A program made the translations under genes and the position numbers. The notes under the pieces are model-generated. The model did not search any database. It worked only from the letters and a program-made list of their open reading frames with translations, and was not told where the DNA came from. A stretch of DNA of 64,000 nucleotides. Origin: a bacterium (lineage in GTDB: Bacteria > Patescibacteriota > Minisyncoccia > Phycocordibacterales > VMGT01). The stretch lies in NCBI GenBank assembly GCA_030697645.1, contig JAUYPI010000003.1, forward strand, positions 318-64,317. Reading direction: 5' to 3'. Position 1 is the stretch's first letter. The number at the start of each line of letters is the position of its first letter. Of this stretch, positions 28,849-38,718 are shown in pieces.

Positions 28849-28957
28849 CTTTTAGTTGTTAGCTTATAGCTTTTAGAAGCTTCGAACGACTACGTCGCAA
28901 CGCGCGTGTACCGCAGTATCTCTAAAAGCTAACAGCTATAAGCTAAAAGCTAGAAAT
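28843..28957. repeat. palindromic element, family C (TTTTAGCTTTTAGC / GCTAAAAGCTA arms, core CGAACGACTACGTCGCAACGCG)
   Basis: Related copies at 58443-58540. Partial at 40597-40640. Arm motifs at 43337-43370 and 44070-44100. Confidence 0.7.
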
Positions 28958-28959
28958 TT

Positions 28960-29601
28960 ATGCCAGATCAAAGACCACAAGGACAAAGAGGAGGAGCGCG
29001 CGGGGCGAGACCGCCACGCGGGCAAGGAGGCGCTCGTCCTGAGCGCGCGCGCCCTCAGCGCGGCGGGCGCGCTGGTGGCCCGCGCGGCGGCGCAGAGCGC
29101 CGCCCGCGCCGCGGCGGGCCCGAAACATCAGACCGTTCACGTCAGTACAAGCCGGAGTTCGATCAAAAGATTCTCGACATCCGCCGTGTCGCGCGCGTTG
29201 TTTCCGGTGGGCGCCGATTTTCTTTCAGCGTGACGATTGTCGTCGGGAATCGCGCCGGCTCGGTCGGCGTCGGCCTCGGCAAGGCTGGGGACACGCCGCT
29301 TGCGATCGAGAAGGCAACGCGCGATGCCCGTAGAAATCTTATCGTCATCCCGCTCACCGAGAGCAAGTCGATCCCTCACGACACCGCAGCGAAGTATGGC
29401 GCGAGCATTGTGGAGTTCACGCCCGTCCGCGGACGCGGCCTCGTCGCGGGGAGCTCGGTGAGGAGCGTGCTTGAGCTCGCGGGCATCACCGACGTGTCCG
29501 CGAAAATTCATTCACGGAGTAAAAATAAGTTGAACAATGCGCGGGCGGCGGTGAAGGCGCTTGAGCAGTTTGTGTCGCATTCGACAAAAATCAAGGCATA
29601 A
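28960..29601 (+). CDS. rpsE: 30S ribosomal protein S5 with ~60-aa Arg/Gly-rich N-terminal extension
   Basis: S5 dsRBD plus C-terminal domain. ATG lies 2 bp after the repeat element. Confidence 0.9.
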   Translation: MPDQRPQGQRGGARGARPPRGQGGARPERARPQRGGRAGGPRGGAERRPRRGGPETSDRSRQYKPEFDQKILDIRRVARVVSGGRRFSFSVTIVVGNRAGSVGVGLGKAGDTPLAIEKATRDARRNLIVIPLTESKSIPHDTAAKYGASIVEFTPVRGRGLVAGSSVRSVLELAGITDVSAKIHSRSKNKLNNARAAVKALEQFVSHSTKIKA

Positions 29602-29784
29602 AGCGAATTGGGAACCCACAAGCTCCAAACCAAATAAATTCCAAGCTCCAACCAACAAGTTCCAAACAAACTTCAAATTCCAATGCATCAAATCTCAAAC
29701 ACGCACGTCGTGTTTGGAAATTGGATTTTGAGCATTGAGATTTGTTTGGAGACGGGTTTTTTGGAAATTGGAAATTCGTATCGT
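29600..29784. repeat. palindromic element, family B
   Basis: Explains the spurious N-terminus of ORF 29683..30240. Confidence 0.7.
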
Positions 29785-30240
29785 ATGCAACTCCATCAAT
29801 TATCGCGAACACATACTCATAAACACGCACGGCGCGTCGGCCGCGGCGGCAAGCGCGGCAAGACCTCGGGACGCGGCACGAAGGGGCAGCGCTCTCGCGC
29901 CGGGCACCGGATGCGCCCCGAGCTCCGCGACATCCTGAAGAAGCTCCCGAAGCGCCGCGGCTACGGCAAGAACCGCGCGCGCGGCGTGAACTCTTCGCGC
30001 GTGCGGCCGCTCGTTCTGAATGTCTCCGCGCTCGAGCGCACGTTTGCGGGAGGCGCGCGCGTTACTCCCGCCTCGCTCATCGCGGCAGGTCTCATTTCGA
30101 AGCGCGGCGGCAAAATGCCGCTTGTGAAGATCCTCAGCGACGGCGCGCTCACCAAGGCGCTCACGGTGAGCGGCTGCAGTGTCTCCGCTTCGGCGAGGGC
30201 GAAGATTGAGGGAGCGGGAGGGGGAATAAATCAAAAGTAA
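29785..30240 (+). CDS. rplO: 50S ribosomal protein L15 (no L30 gene between rpsE and rplO)
   Basis: Starts MQLHQLSRTHTHKHARRVGRGGKRG. Confidence 0.9.
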   Translation: MQLHQLSRTHTHKHARRVGRGGKRGKTSGRGTKGQRSRAGHRMRPELRDILKKLPKRRGYGKNRARGVNSSRVRPLVLNVSALERTFAGGARVTPASLIAAGLISKRGGKMPLVKILSDGALTKALTVSGCSVSASARAKIEGAGGGINQK

Positions 30241-30260
30241 AAAATCAAAAATTAAAAATC

Positions 30261-30296
30261 ACGAACCGCGCAGCTTGCTGCGCGGTTCGTGATTGC
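30261..30296 (+). terminator. rho-independent terminator after rplO
   Basis: CACGAACCGCGCAGC-TTGC-TGCGCGGTTCGTG hairpin. Confidence 0.6.
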
Positions 30297-30491
30297 GGTC
30301 TTCTGGTGAGATACCGGGTCCCGGTCTTCACCTGATGGAATATGCAGATTTGCACGGGCAACCCCTGAAAAACCCTTGCTAATCCGCGTCTTCCGTCGAC
30401 TACCGCCACAACGATTGTCCATCCTTGTCCCTCGAGAATTTTCTAACTCGTATACGCCGAACGCGGGGAAGTTTGTCAACAGTAGGCGAGT

Positions 30492-30520
30492 TTGACAGGG
30501 GACGAAAGGGTGTATATAGT
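30492..30520 (+). promoter_or_regulatory. sigma70-like rRNA promoter TTGACA-17-TATAGT
   Basis: Consensus hexamers about 340 bp upstream of the 23S 5' end. Confidence 0.45.
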
Positions 30521-31014
30521 GATTTTACGTATGAGTAGATTGACTAAACTACACAAAAAGCGGAGGAGCTGACACTCGTCTTTGGTAGACTGTGTTCGTC
30601 CCATCCGCTCAAGGTGAGCGGTTTTTGTTTTGTCCGAACGATTGGACGATTGATTCTTTGTCAACAAAATAGGCCCCACGGCAAGAACGCATGGAGCGTT
30701 TTTAATTTCGATATTTTGAAATTTTGATATATCGAGGTGCCGGTGGCGGGCTAAAGCAAAAAGAATCAAATTAAGCAGGTAAAACCGTGCTTCGCACGGA
30801 CATTTCGAAATATCGATATATCGAAATTTCCGCGCGGAGCGCGGTAGCGGTTTTTCCGTTCCTCACAGGAATGGAAGCGCATATGGTGGATGCCTAGACT
30901 CCACATGGCGATGAAGGACGCGGCCTGGCGGCGATACGCTTCGGGGAGGTGCCTGGTAACCTTTGATCCGAAGATTTCCGAATGGGGAAACCCCTTTGCA
31001 TAAAACGCATTGAT

Positions 31015-31391
31015 CTGCCTGTATGTTTTGACTTTTGATTTTTGACAAAAAACCGACTGTCTGACACCTGACGTCAGAGCAGTCGGCCGCTTCGAACTCG
31101 CCCTCGATCCTTAACTTACATAGAGGATGAGGGAGAATGCGAGTAGTAAAAGCAATGCTGCGAGCATATACCAATATTTGTTGTTTTTATTGAGCTCGCG
31201 ATTTGCAGCCCCCAGCGCTTGCGCGGGCACTTCCTGCTCTTCCGTTCTGAGTAAGGAATGGGGATGCCTGTTATTGTGCATGGCATTGCTCCTAATCTAA
31301 GGTAAGAACTTTAAACTCACCCCGTGAGCTTACGTCACGAATATTTTATACTATAAGTATATTTTTGTCAAGAGTCAAAACATACAGGCAG
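31015..31391 (+). other. IVS-like insertion 1 in 23S (helix-9 region), AT-rich
   Basis: 18-bp terminal inverted repeats CTGCCTGTATGTTTTGAC / GTCAAAACATACAGGCAG. Shares internal TTGTCAAGAGTC with insertion 2. Carries ~57-codon ORFs on both strands; the antisense one ends in a hydrophobic helix. Confidence 0.6.
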
Positions 31392-31812
31392 AGGCATACC
31401 CAGGGAAGTGAAACATCTCAGTACCTGGAGGAAAAGAAAACAACCGTGCTTCGCACGGACATTTCGAAATATCGATATATCGAAATTTCCGCGCGGAGCG
31501 CGGCCATTCCCTTAGTAGCGGCGAGCGAAACGGGAGGAGCCTAAACCGTGCGCAGCACGGACATATCGATATTTCGAAATTTCGATATTTCCGCGCTGCG
31601 CGCGGTGTTGTACGGCAACGGCGTAGTTTAACTAGAGAAGTTACAAAGTGGTTTGTTAGCGGAATCTGCTGGAAAGCAGAGCCCCAGCGGGTAATAGCCC
31701 CGTACGCGAAAGCACGCCACCTTCTTTGCTGTTGTTCGTGAGTACCTCGGGACATGAATAGCCCGAGGGAATCTGGCAGGACTAACTGCCAAGGCTACAT
31801 ACGTGTGGAGAT

Positions 31813-31849
<37 letters not shown>

Positions 31850-32109
31850 CAGCCCGGTGAGGGCGGTGAAATAGACCTGAAACCATATGCGTACAAGGAG
31901 TCGGAGCTGCCGCACCTCATTGCATTCGGTGCGGACATTTCGATATTTCGAAATATCGATATATCGAAATGTCCACCGCGCCGAGTGTAGCGAGGTGCGG
32001 CGGTCACGGCGTGCCTATTGAAGAATGAGCCAACGAGTTGTCGTTTGTTGCCCGTCTAACCGCTTGTCGCGGGAAGGCATAGGGAAACCGAGTGTTAAAA
32101 GCGCGATCG

Positions 32110-32503
32110 CCTGCTCATATTTTTGGATTTTTATTAGTGGAAGTTAACTGAAACCGCCACGTTCATGTTAAACGTAGCGGTTTATCCCTGAGTCCAAGGA
32201 AGAGCGTCTTCCTCACCTTGTGAGGAAGAACCAGATTTTATCTGGAATGAGCTTTTGAAGGAAAGAGCCTGGAACAAGGAAATAAGCAAGTGCAATACAG
32301 ATCAAAAGCGGCCAATATATCCACCTTGGGACGAAATACCCGAGAAGATAGAAAACACCAGCAACGATACCAATAATGATATGACCTTTAAGGTTCATTT
32401 TCGTCTCCAATCTCGAATGAGGTGCCAGGGGGATGGGGGGTTCTCTATACAACAAATTAGTATAAATGTATTAATTTGTCAAGAGTCCAAAAATATGAGC
32501 AGG
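32110..32503 (+). other. IVS-like insertion 2 in 23S (helix-45 region, ~E. coli 1170), AT-rich
   Basis: Terminal inverted repeats CCTGCTCATATTTTTGGA / TCCAAAAATATGAGCAGG. Internal TTGTCAAGAGTC. Antisense ORF 32213..32455 encodes a small protein with two TM helices. Confidence 0.6.
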
Positions 32504-33784
32504 TACAGCAGCAAACGCCAGACCCGAAGCCGGGTGAGCTTGCCATGGGCAGGGTGAAGGCGATGGAAACATCGCTGGAGGCCCGAACCGGTCAGCCGTG
32601 CAAAACTGTCGGATGACCTGTGGCAAGGAGTGAAAAGCTAATCGAACTCGGTAATAGCTGGTTCTCTCCGAAATAGCTTTAGGGCTAGCGTTCTGTGTTC
32701 CTTCCGGGGGTAGAGCACTGGATGGAAAGAATAGGGAGCAATCTCGTCTTTCCAATCAAACTCCGAATACCGGAAGCACGCCGCACCTCATTGCATTCGG
32801 TGCGGACATATCGATATTTCGAAATTTCGATATGTCCGCCGCGCCGAGTGTAGCGAGGTGCGGCGGATAGCAGGGCAGTTAGACTATGGGGGCTAAGCTC
32901 CATTGGTCAAAAAGGGAAGAGCCTTTGATCTCCAGTTAAGGTCCCTAATACGGCGCTCAGTGCATCTTAAGGAAGTAGAGACCCACAGACAGTGAGGAGG
33001 TTGGCTTAGAAGCAGCCATCCTTTAAAGAAAGCGTAACAGCTCACTCATCGAGGGTTTCTGCGCCGCAGATTCACGGGGCTTAAGCGCCGAACCGAAACT
33101 GAGGATGCCGTGCGCAGCACGGACATATCGATATTTCGAAATTTCGATATTTCCGCGCTGCGCGCGGTGTGGTAGGAGAGCATCCTGCACCCGCAATGAA
33201 GCACGGGCGTGAGCTCCGTGTGGAGCGTGCAGGAGTGAGAATGTTGGCACAAGTAACCGCAATGCGGGTGAAAGCCCCGCACGCCGAAAGCCCAAGGTTT
33301 CCTTGGCGATGACAATCAGCCAAGGGTTAGTCGGGCCTTAGCCGATGGCGAAAGCCGGAGGTGATGGACACACGGTTAATATTCCGTGACCCGGATCCAT
33401 TTCGATGTGGTGACGGAGGAGATAAGCGGGGGCGCATTATTGGATTTGCGTCGCCCGTGCGAAGACGCGCCGCCTAGGTAAATCCGGACGGCACGCCGCC
33501 GCACCTCATTGCATTCGGTGCGGACATTTCGATATGTCGATATTTCGAAATGTCCGCCGCACCGAGTGTAGCGAGGTGCGGCGGTACCGTCGAGCGCGGT
33601 AGAAATTCCGGGGTTCGCCCCGGGAAATCCTCGCGAAGAGCCTTCCAAGAAAAACCACTAAGGCTAGGTGGATTCGGTCCGTACCGCAAACCGACACAGG
33701 TGGGCAGGTCGAGAAGACCAAGGCGAACGGGTGAGTGTTCCCCAAGGAACTCGGCAAAAAAGCAGCCGTAACTTCGGGATAAGG

Positions 33785-34330
33785 CTTGCCTTGTCGGGGC
33801 TGAAAGAAGGAAAATTTTGTTCTTTAAGGAGACGATCAATGGATAGCATAGGTGGGAGGCTGAATTATTGGAGCGGCGAAAAATCCAATAGAAATACCAG
33901 CCGTCAGTGGAATACCACCCTTGATCGTTTTCGTCCGGAAATTCGCTTAAAAACCGAGTTTCCGGTTGAGTTCAGTGGAGCAAATCGGGCGTTTAGTCGA
34001 GTGCTTCCATGCCGTGTAAAATAGCGCTTGTCTGATTTGCTCCGCCAGTCCAATGGAGCGGTCAGGCCGGAGAGTTCTCCTGCAATACGTGGGTGACCCA
34101 TGAGAGGTTGCTACGTTCCCTTGCAAGGTTCTGTAAAAATCTCCCGCCCTGCCGAGTGGTTGAAGTCCACGCCGCTCCAACCCGACCAATGGGGTAGATC
34201 ATGGATACTTTCTGGGATATTGGGAGTGATAACCTCCGAACCCAATTTCCGGAGTAGCAAGTATGCATGGTCTACTCCTTCAATCAATCGGGGGATGTCT
34301 CTGATATCCCCTCCTTCTTTCAGCTCCGAT
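33785..34330 (+). other. ~545-bp insertion in 23S domain IV (between CTTGTCGGGGCTGAAAGAAGG and CCTTCTTTCAGCTCC) containing a divergent copy of a domain-V segment
   Basis: GGATAGCATAGGTGGGAGGCT...GCCGTCAGTGGAATACCACCCTT duplicates the canonical block at 34990-35060. Confidence 0.45.
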
Positions 34331-34589
34331 GAGGCCGCAGCGAAAGTACCCCTGCCGACTGTTTACCAAAAACACAGCTCCCTGCGAACTCGCAAGAGAA
34401 TGTATAGGGGGTGATGCCTGACCAATGCCGGAAGGTCAAACAGTGGTGGTGACCGCATCACACGGCGTGTGATGCGGACATATCGATATTTCGAAATTTC
34501 GATATGTCCGCATCGCGCTTCGCGCGATGCGGTTGCTGGCCGCTGTAAGCCCCGGTGAATGTCGGCCATAACTATAATGGTCCTAAGGT

Positions 34590-34818
34590 CACGGCTCTCT
34601 TGATTTTTCAAGGGAGTCGTGAGGACTGGGACTATTATAGCGGTAAACAGAAAGTGCAAGCTACCTTATCGTGCGGTAACGCACGAATTAGTCCGCACCA
34701 CGACTCACATGAGAGGCCATACGTCGTGCTCCGACACCACTTTTTGGTTTCAGTCTTAGCTGAAACCAAAAAGTGGTGTCGGGTGAAGATATGGTCCTTC
34801 GCAAGAAGGAAAGCGAAG
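34590..34818 (+). other. compact ORF-less group I intron at the L1917 site
   Basis: 5' exon ends in U (CCTAAGGT). Intron ends in G. Exon ligation restores GGT|AGCGAAATTCC. P7-3' strand like GAAGATATGGTCC followed by a P9 hairpin. Confidence 0.6.
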
Positions 34819-35478
34819 AGCGAAATTCCTTGTCCTCTAATTAGGGACGCGCACGAATGGCATAACGAGTGGGGGACTGTCTCGGGGAACAGCCCGGTGA
34901 AAATACAATCCCGGTGAAGATGCCGGGTACCTGCAGCTAGACGAAAAGACCCTAGAAGCTTTACTATAACTTGATATTGGTCGTATGTTTCCACTGCGTA
35001 GCATAGGTGGGAGGCTTTGAAGCTCTGCTCTCGGGCAGCGTGGAGCCGTCAGTGAAATACCACTCTGTGGGAGTGTACGCTCTAACCTCGACGGCAAAAA
35101 CGGCGAGGGACAGTATCTGGTGGGTAGTTTTGTTGGGGCGACATCCTGAAAGTTCTGCGAAAGGAGGCCTTTCGCAGCGTCGTCCCGGATCGTCATTTAT
35201 TCCTGACGGTTCGAAGCCGTGCGTGGCACAGAATTTCCAATTTCCAATAACCAATTTCCAATAAAATGTCCAATGTTTCAATTTCCAATGTTCAAACGTT
35301 CATGTTTGAGATTTTGAATTTGAGATTTGGAATTTGTTTGGAAATTTAACACTTGGAGCTTGGAGCTTCCGCGCCGCGCGCGGCGAAGGGGATCCCGTAT
35401 GGCAACATGCGGGCAAACATCTTGCTATTTGCTGGAACAGCCGGCGTATCTGGCACTACCATGAGAGGAGGATGATAC

Positions 35479-35667
35479 ATGTATTATCTTTTACAGATCC
35501 AAACGAATGAGGAAATTATGTTCACCGAAAAAGATGATCACCGTGCGCTTCGAGAAGCGCGCAAGTATCTTTGGGAGCATGGAATAACGAAAGAGGACGG
35601 ATCAAAAGTTAAGCACGAAGTCACCGTTACCCTTTCAGGGTTACTGCGACGGATCAAAACATGGTGA
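35479..35667 (+). CDS. intron-encoded hypothetical protein (62 aa), no endonuclease motif
   Basis: Strong RBS GAGAGGAGGA 8 nt before the ATG. Low GC. Confidence 0.45.
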   Translation: MYYLLQIQTNEEIMFTEKDDHRALREARKYLWEHGITKEDGSKVKHEVTVTLSGLLRRIKTW

Positions 35668-35713
35668 AAATGTGACCAGTGCGGCCAACCAGCAGGGAAG
35701 GAGAAAATTACCA

Positions 35714-35950
35714 ATGAGTGCAGCAACACCAGTGGATGATCTTGGTGAAACAAAGACAAAGATAAATATTGTAAAGGAGTTAGACGATATTTTACACGAT
35801 TACAAGTCTGAACGCTTCAAGTTAGATACGGTGGCGTATCATGTATCAGTGCCTGCAGGAGAAACAGAGAAAGAAAGAGAACGATTAGCTAAGCAGACGC
35901 TGAAAAAATGTCTTTGGCTGGTAGTTAATTATCTCACCCTCAACGACTAA
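35714..35950 (+). CDS. intron-encoded hypothetical protein (79 aa; ORF track gives 35672)
   Basis: RBS GGGAAGGAG 9 nt before ATG 35714. Directly follows the previous ORF. No known homing-endonuclease family motif. Confidence 0.45.
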   Translation: MSAATPVDDLGETKTKINIVKELDDILHDYKSERFKLDTVAYHVSVPAGETEKERERLAKQTLKKCLWLVVNYLTLND

Positions 35951-36342
35951 ACGCAGGATTCCTTACCGACGGGCGATTTCGCTCGTCGGTAAGGAAAAGA
36001 TATAGTCTGATCTCCATGGCGACATGGAGAGGCACGCAGAAATGACGTGCCCGCGCCGTGCTTCGCACGGAAATTTAAATATTTAAACATTTAAACTTCC
36101 GCGCGGAGCGCGGCGGGCAACAACAATGCCTAAAAAGTAACGGAGGAGTCTATTAAGGTCGGCTAGGCGCGAATGGAAACCGTGCCGATAGTGTAAGGGC
36201 ACAAGCCGGCTTCACTGCGAGGCGTACATGCCAAGCAGATGCGAAAGCAGAGCCTAGTGAACCGACGGTTCGCTTTAGAAGCGGCCGAAGATTAACGGAT
36301 AAAAGCTACTCTAGGGATAACAGGCTGGTACCGCCCAAGAGT

Positions 36343-37205
36343 CAATGAGGCTCCCTCTGGCGGCAACGTCAGAGTAAACTGTGACTCAAATCGGTGAAAT
36401 CCAGCGTTCGCAATTTGCAATTTCTAATTCCCAATTTCGAATTAGTAGTTGATAATTCGTAATTGCGTCAGCTGGACAATACCGAGGGTAAGAGAACTTG
36501 AAATTTGTTATATGGAAACAAAACGCGCACAACGCGCTCGTGTGCTACCTCTCGACCAGAGGCAGCGTGAGATCGTTATCGGATCTCTCCTAGGAGACGG
36601 ACATTTGGCACGGACAACGCGAGGATATGCGTTCCGGGTCAATCACGGGATAGGACAGCGTGAGTATGTTAATTGGAAGTATCAGGAGCTCGAGTCGTTT
36701 ACGAACTCGAGGCCGAATACATGTGATCGATCGTACTATTTTCGCACCGTATCTCACCCGTACTTCGACGAGTTGCGTCGTGTGTTCTATGTTGGCAATC
36801 GAAAAATAATTCCAGAAATGCTTGAGGGCTGGTTGACGCCACTCGTGTTCGCCGTGTGGTTTATGGACGACGGCACGCGAGACGGAAAACAAGTTCGACT
36901 GAATACGCAATGCTTCAGAAGAGAAGAGCACGAACTGCTCGTGTTTCTTTTACAAGCTAAACTCGGGATAACGGCGACAATCAATCGAGATAAAGCCCAG
37001 TACCGTTTGCGCGTGTGCGAGAAAAGCATGCCGCGCTTTCGAGCACTGGTGTCCCCGTTGATTATTCCGAGCATGCGCTACAAGTTCTCCCCGTAACGAC
37101 TTCCGCATTTCACTGCGGGGACTGCGGGCTTAAAAAGCCGCAGTAAAACGTCACCGTCCCGAAAGGGACGAAGGTATAGTCTACCTCATGAGTAATCATG
37201 AAGTG
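36343..37205 (+). other. group I intron at L2449 (863 nt) encoding a LAGLIDADG endonuclease
   Basis: 5' exon ends U (CAAGAGT). Intron ends G. Ligated exons give CAAGAGT|CCATATCGCCGGCGG. GAAGGTATAGTC P7-3' at ~37172. Confidence 0.8.
36512..37096 (+). CDS. LAGLIDADG homing endonuclease (two-motif, single-chain)
   Basis: Motifs LLGDGHL and WFMDDGT. Start METKRAQRA; ORF track gives 36449. Confidence 0.85.
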   Translation: METKRAQRARVLPLDQRQREIVIGSLLGDGHLARTTRGYAFRVNHGIGQREYVNWKYQELESFTNSRPNTCDRSYYFRTVSHPYFDELRRVFYVGNRKIIPEMLEGWLTPLVFAVWFMDDGTRDGKQVRLNTQCFRREEHELLVFLLQAKLGITATINRDKAQYRLRVCEKSMPRFRALVSPLIIPSMRYKFSP

Positions 37206-37264
37206 CCATATCGCCGGCGGTGTTCGGCACCTCGATGTCGGCTCACCTCATCCCGGGGCTGGAG

Positions 37265-37550
37265 AAAACAGACCTTCTCTCCTTCGCGGAAACGCGAGGG
37301 TAATAAACGAGCTCAAAACGGTGAAGGCCTTGAGTTAAAGGTTAACGCCGTAGGAAGCCCACTAGTAATTAGTTCCTAGTAACTGGTAATTAGTGTGGCC
37401 CTCTAACGACTGAATCCCGCAAAATGCGGGATGAGATAGAACCATCGCCACGGGTTCTATAATACGGCTCGCACCTACGGTCCGTCTCAGAGGCGGACTA
37501 CGGTGAAGGCATAGTCTGATATCCGTAGTAATACGGGCAAACACAAACTG
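37265..37550 (+). other. small ORF-less group I intron near L2500 (boundaries ±5)
   Basis: Follows exon GGGGCTGGAG. Exon resumes AGGTCCCAAGGGTATAGCTG. GAAGGCATAGTCTG P7-3' plus P9 hairpin near the 3' end. Confidence 0.55.
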
Positions 37551-37606
37551 AGGTCCCAAGGGTATAGCTGTTCGCTATTTAAAGAGGTACGCGAGCTGGG
37601 TTCAGA

Positions 37607-37949
37607 CCGTCCAGGACGTGAATTATGAATGAAGAATCATGAGTCATGGATTGGACAGTCTGAACCCGCATCGAAACTTTTCGTCTATGAAAAATGAAAA
37701 AGGCCTAAACGCACTATACAGTGCGTCGGCCAAGGAACCCCACTATCGCTAAAGCTATGGTGGGCGAGACCAATCATATCACGGCGGTCGCCCGCAGTAA
37801 TGCGGGACGAAGAAGCTGACTATATCGGTGGAACCCTGTTTTACACAGGACAACACCGAGGGAAGTCCGCGTGACCCCGTAGAGACTACATGTCAGCCCT
37901 CCGATTTTATCGGAGAAAGGTATAGTCCAATGCACACAGTAATGTGTGG
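37607..37949 (+). other. small ORF-less group I intron near L2593 (boundaries ±5)
   Basis: Follows exon GCGAGCTGGGTTCAGA. Exon resumes (A)AACATGCGTGAGACAGGTTGGTC. GAAAGGTATAGTCC P7-3' near the 3' end. Confidence 0.55.
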
Positions 37950-38098
37950 AAACATGCGTGAGACAGGTTGGTCTCCTATCTGCTGCAGGCGTTGATTCTT
38001 GAGGGGAGTCGTTCCTAGTACGAGAGGACCGGAATGAACGAACCTCTGGTCTATCGGCTGTCCCGCCAGGGGCACCGCCGAGTAGCTATGTTCGGAAT

Positions 38099-38131
<33 letters not shown>

Positions 38132-38375
38132 AATCCCAAGATGAGGAATCGCGTCGCCGCATCACACGGAGTGTGATGCGGACATATCGATATTTCGATA
38201 TATCGAAATTTCCGCATCGCGCTTCGCGCGATGCGGCGGCATCGGCCCGTGGGAGATGACCACGTTGATAGGCACCAGGTGTACGCGCAGTAATGCGTTT
38301 AGCCGAGGTGTACTAATCCGCCGAAATTCCTGTGAGGAATAGAGGAACCGCGTCGTACCTCGCTCGGGCTCGGTG

Positions 38376-38530
38376 CGGAATTTCCAATTTCCAATTTTAC
38401 AATTTCCAAATAATTTCCAATGACCAAATTTCCAATTTCCAAACACGACGCCGGATGTCGCTCGTCGTTTGAAAATTGACTCATTGAAAATTTATTGAAA
38501 ATTGAAAATTGATAATTGAAAATTCCGTGT
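38376..38530. repeat. palindromic element, family A/B hybrid (CCAATTTCC arms, core CAAACACGACGCCGGATGTCGCTCGTCGTTTG) in the 23S-5S spacer
   Basis: Seen directly. Confidence 0.7.
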
Positions 38531-38599
38531 CGAGCACATGGGGGTGTTGAAAAACTTTTACCTGCTTCTTTTTGCTTATTTTTTCGCGACGTTTCGAAC

Positions 38600-38718
38600 G
38601 CCGCGTGCTGGTGATTTATCGCCGGGGCCACACCTGTTCTCATTCCGAACACAGAAGTTAAGCCCGGCTGAGGCGATGGTACTCGAAAGGGGAGAGTAGC
38701 TCGTCGCCAGCACGCGGC
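38600..38718 (+). rRNA. rrf: 5S ribosomal RNA
   Basis: Helix 1 GCCGCGTGCTGG / CCAGCACGCGGC. Loop C CCGAACACAGAAGTTAAGC. GAGAGTAG motif. Confidence 0.8.

Larger units (their letters stand above)
35157..36122 (+). other. group I intron (~0.97 kb) at ~E. coli 2250 carrying a two-ORF cassette; boundaries ±10 bp
   Basis: AAAAGATATAGTCTG P7-3' plus a P9 hairpin CTCCATGGCGACATGGAG at 35988-36030. Exon resumes at TGCCTAAAAAGTAACGGAGGAG. Also contains a family-B repeat at 35222-35350. Confidence 0.55.

Noticed and set aside
29683-30240. ORF-track start MHQISNTHVVFGNWIL... for L15; the same peptide appears at 26193..26384.
   Set aside because: The peptide is the translation of a family-B palindromic repeat. 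The true rplO start is ATG 29785; 26193..26384 is entirely repeat.
30863-31174. 103-aa minus-strand ORF at the 23S 5' end.
   Set aside because: It overlaps conserved 23S sequence. Only the short peptides within the IVS are mentioned as possibilities.
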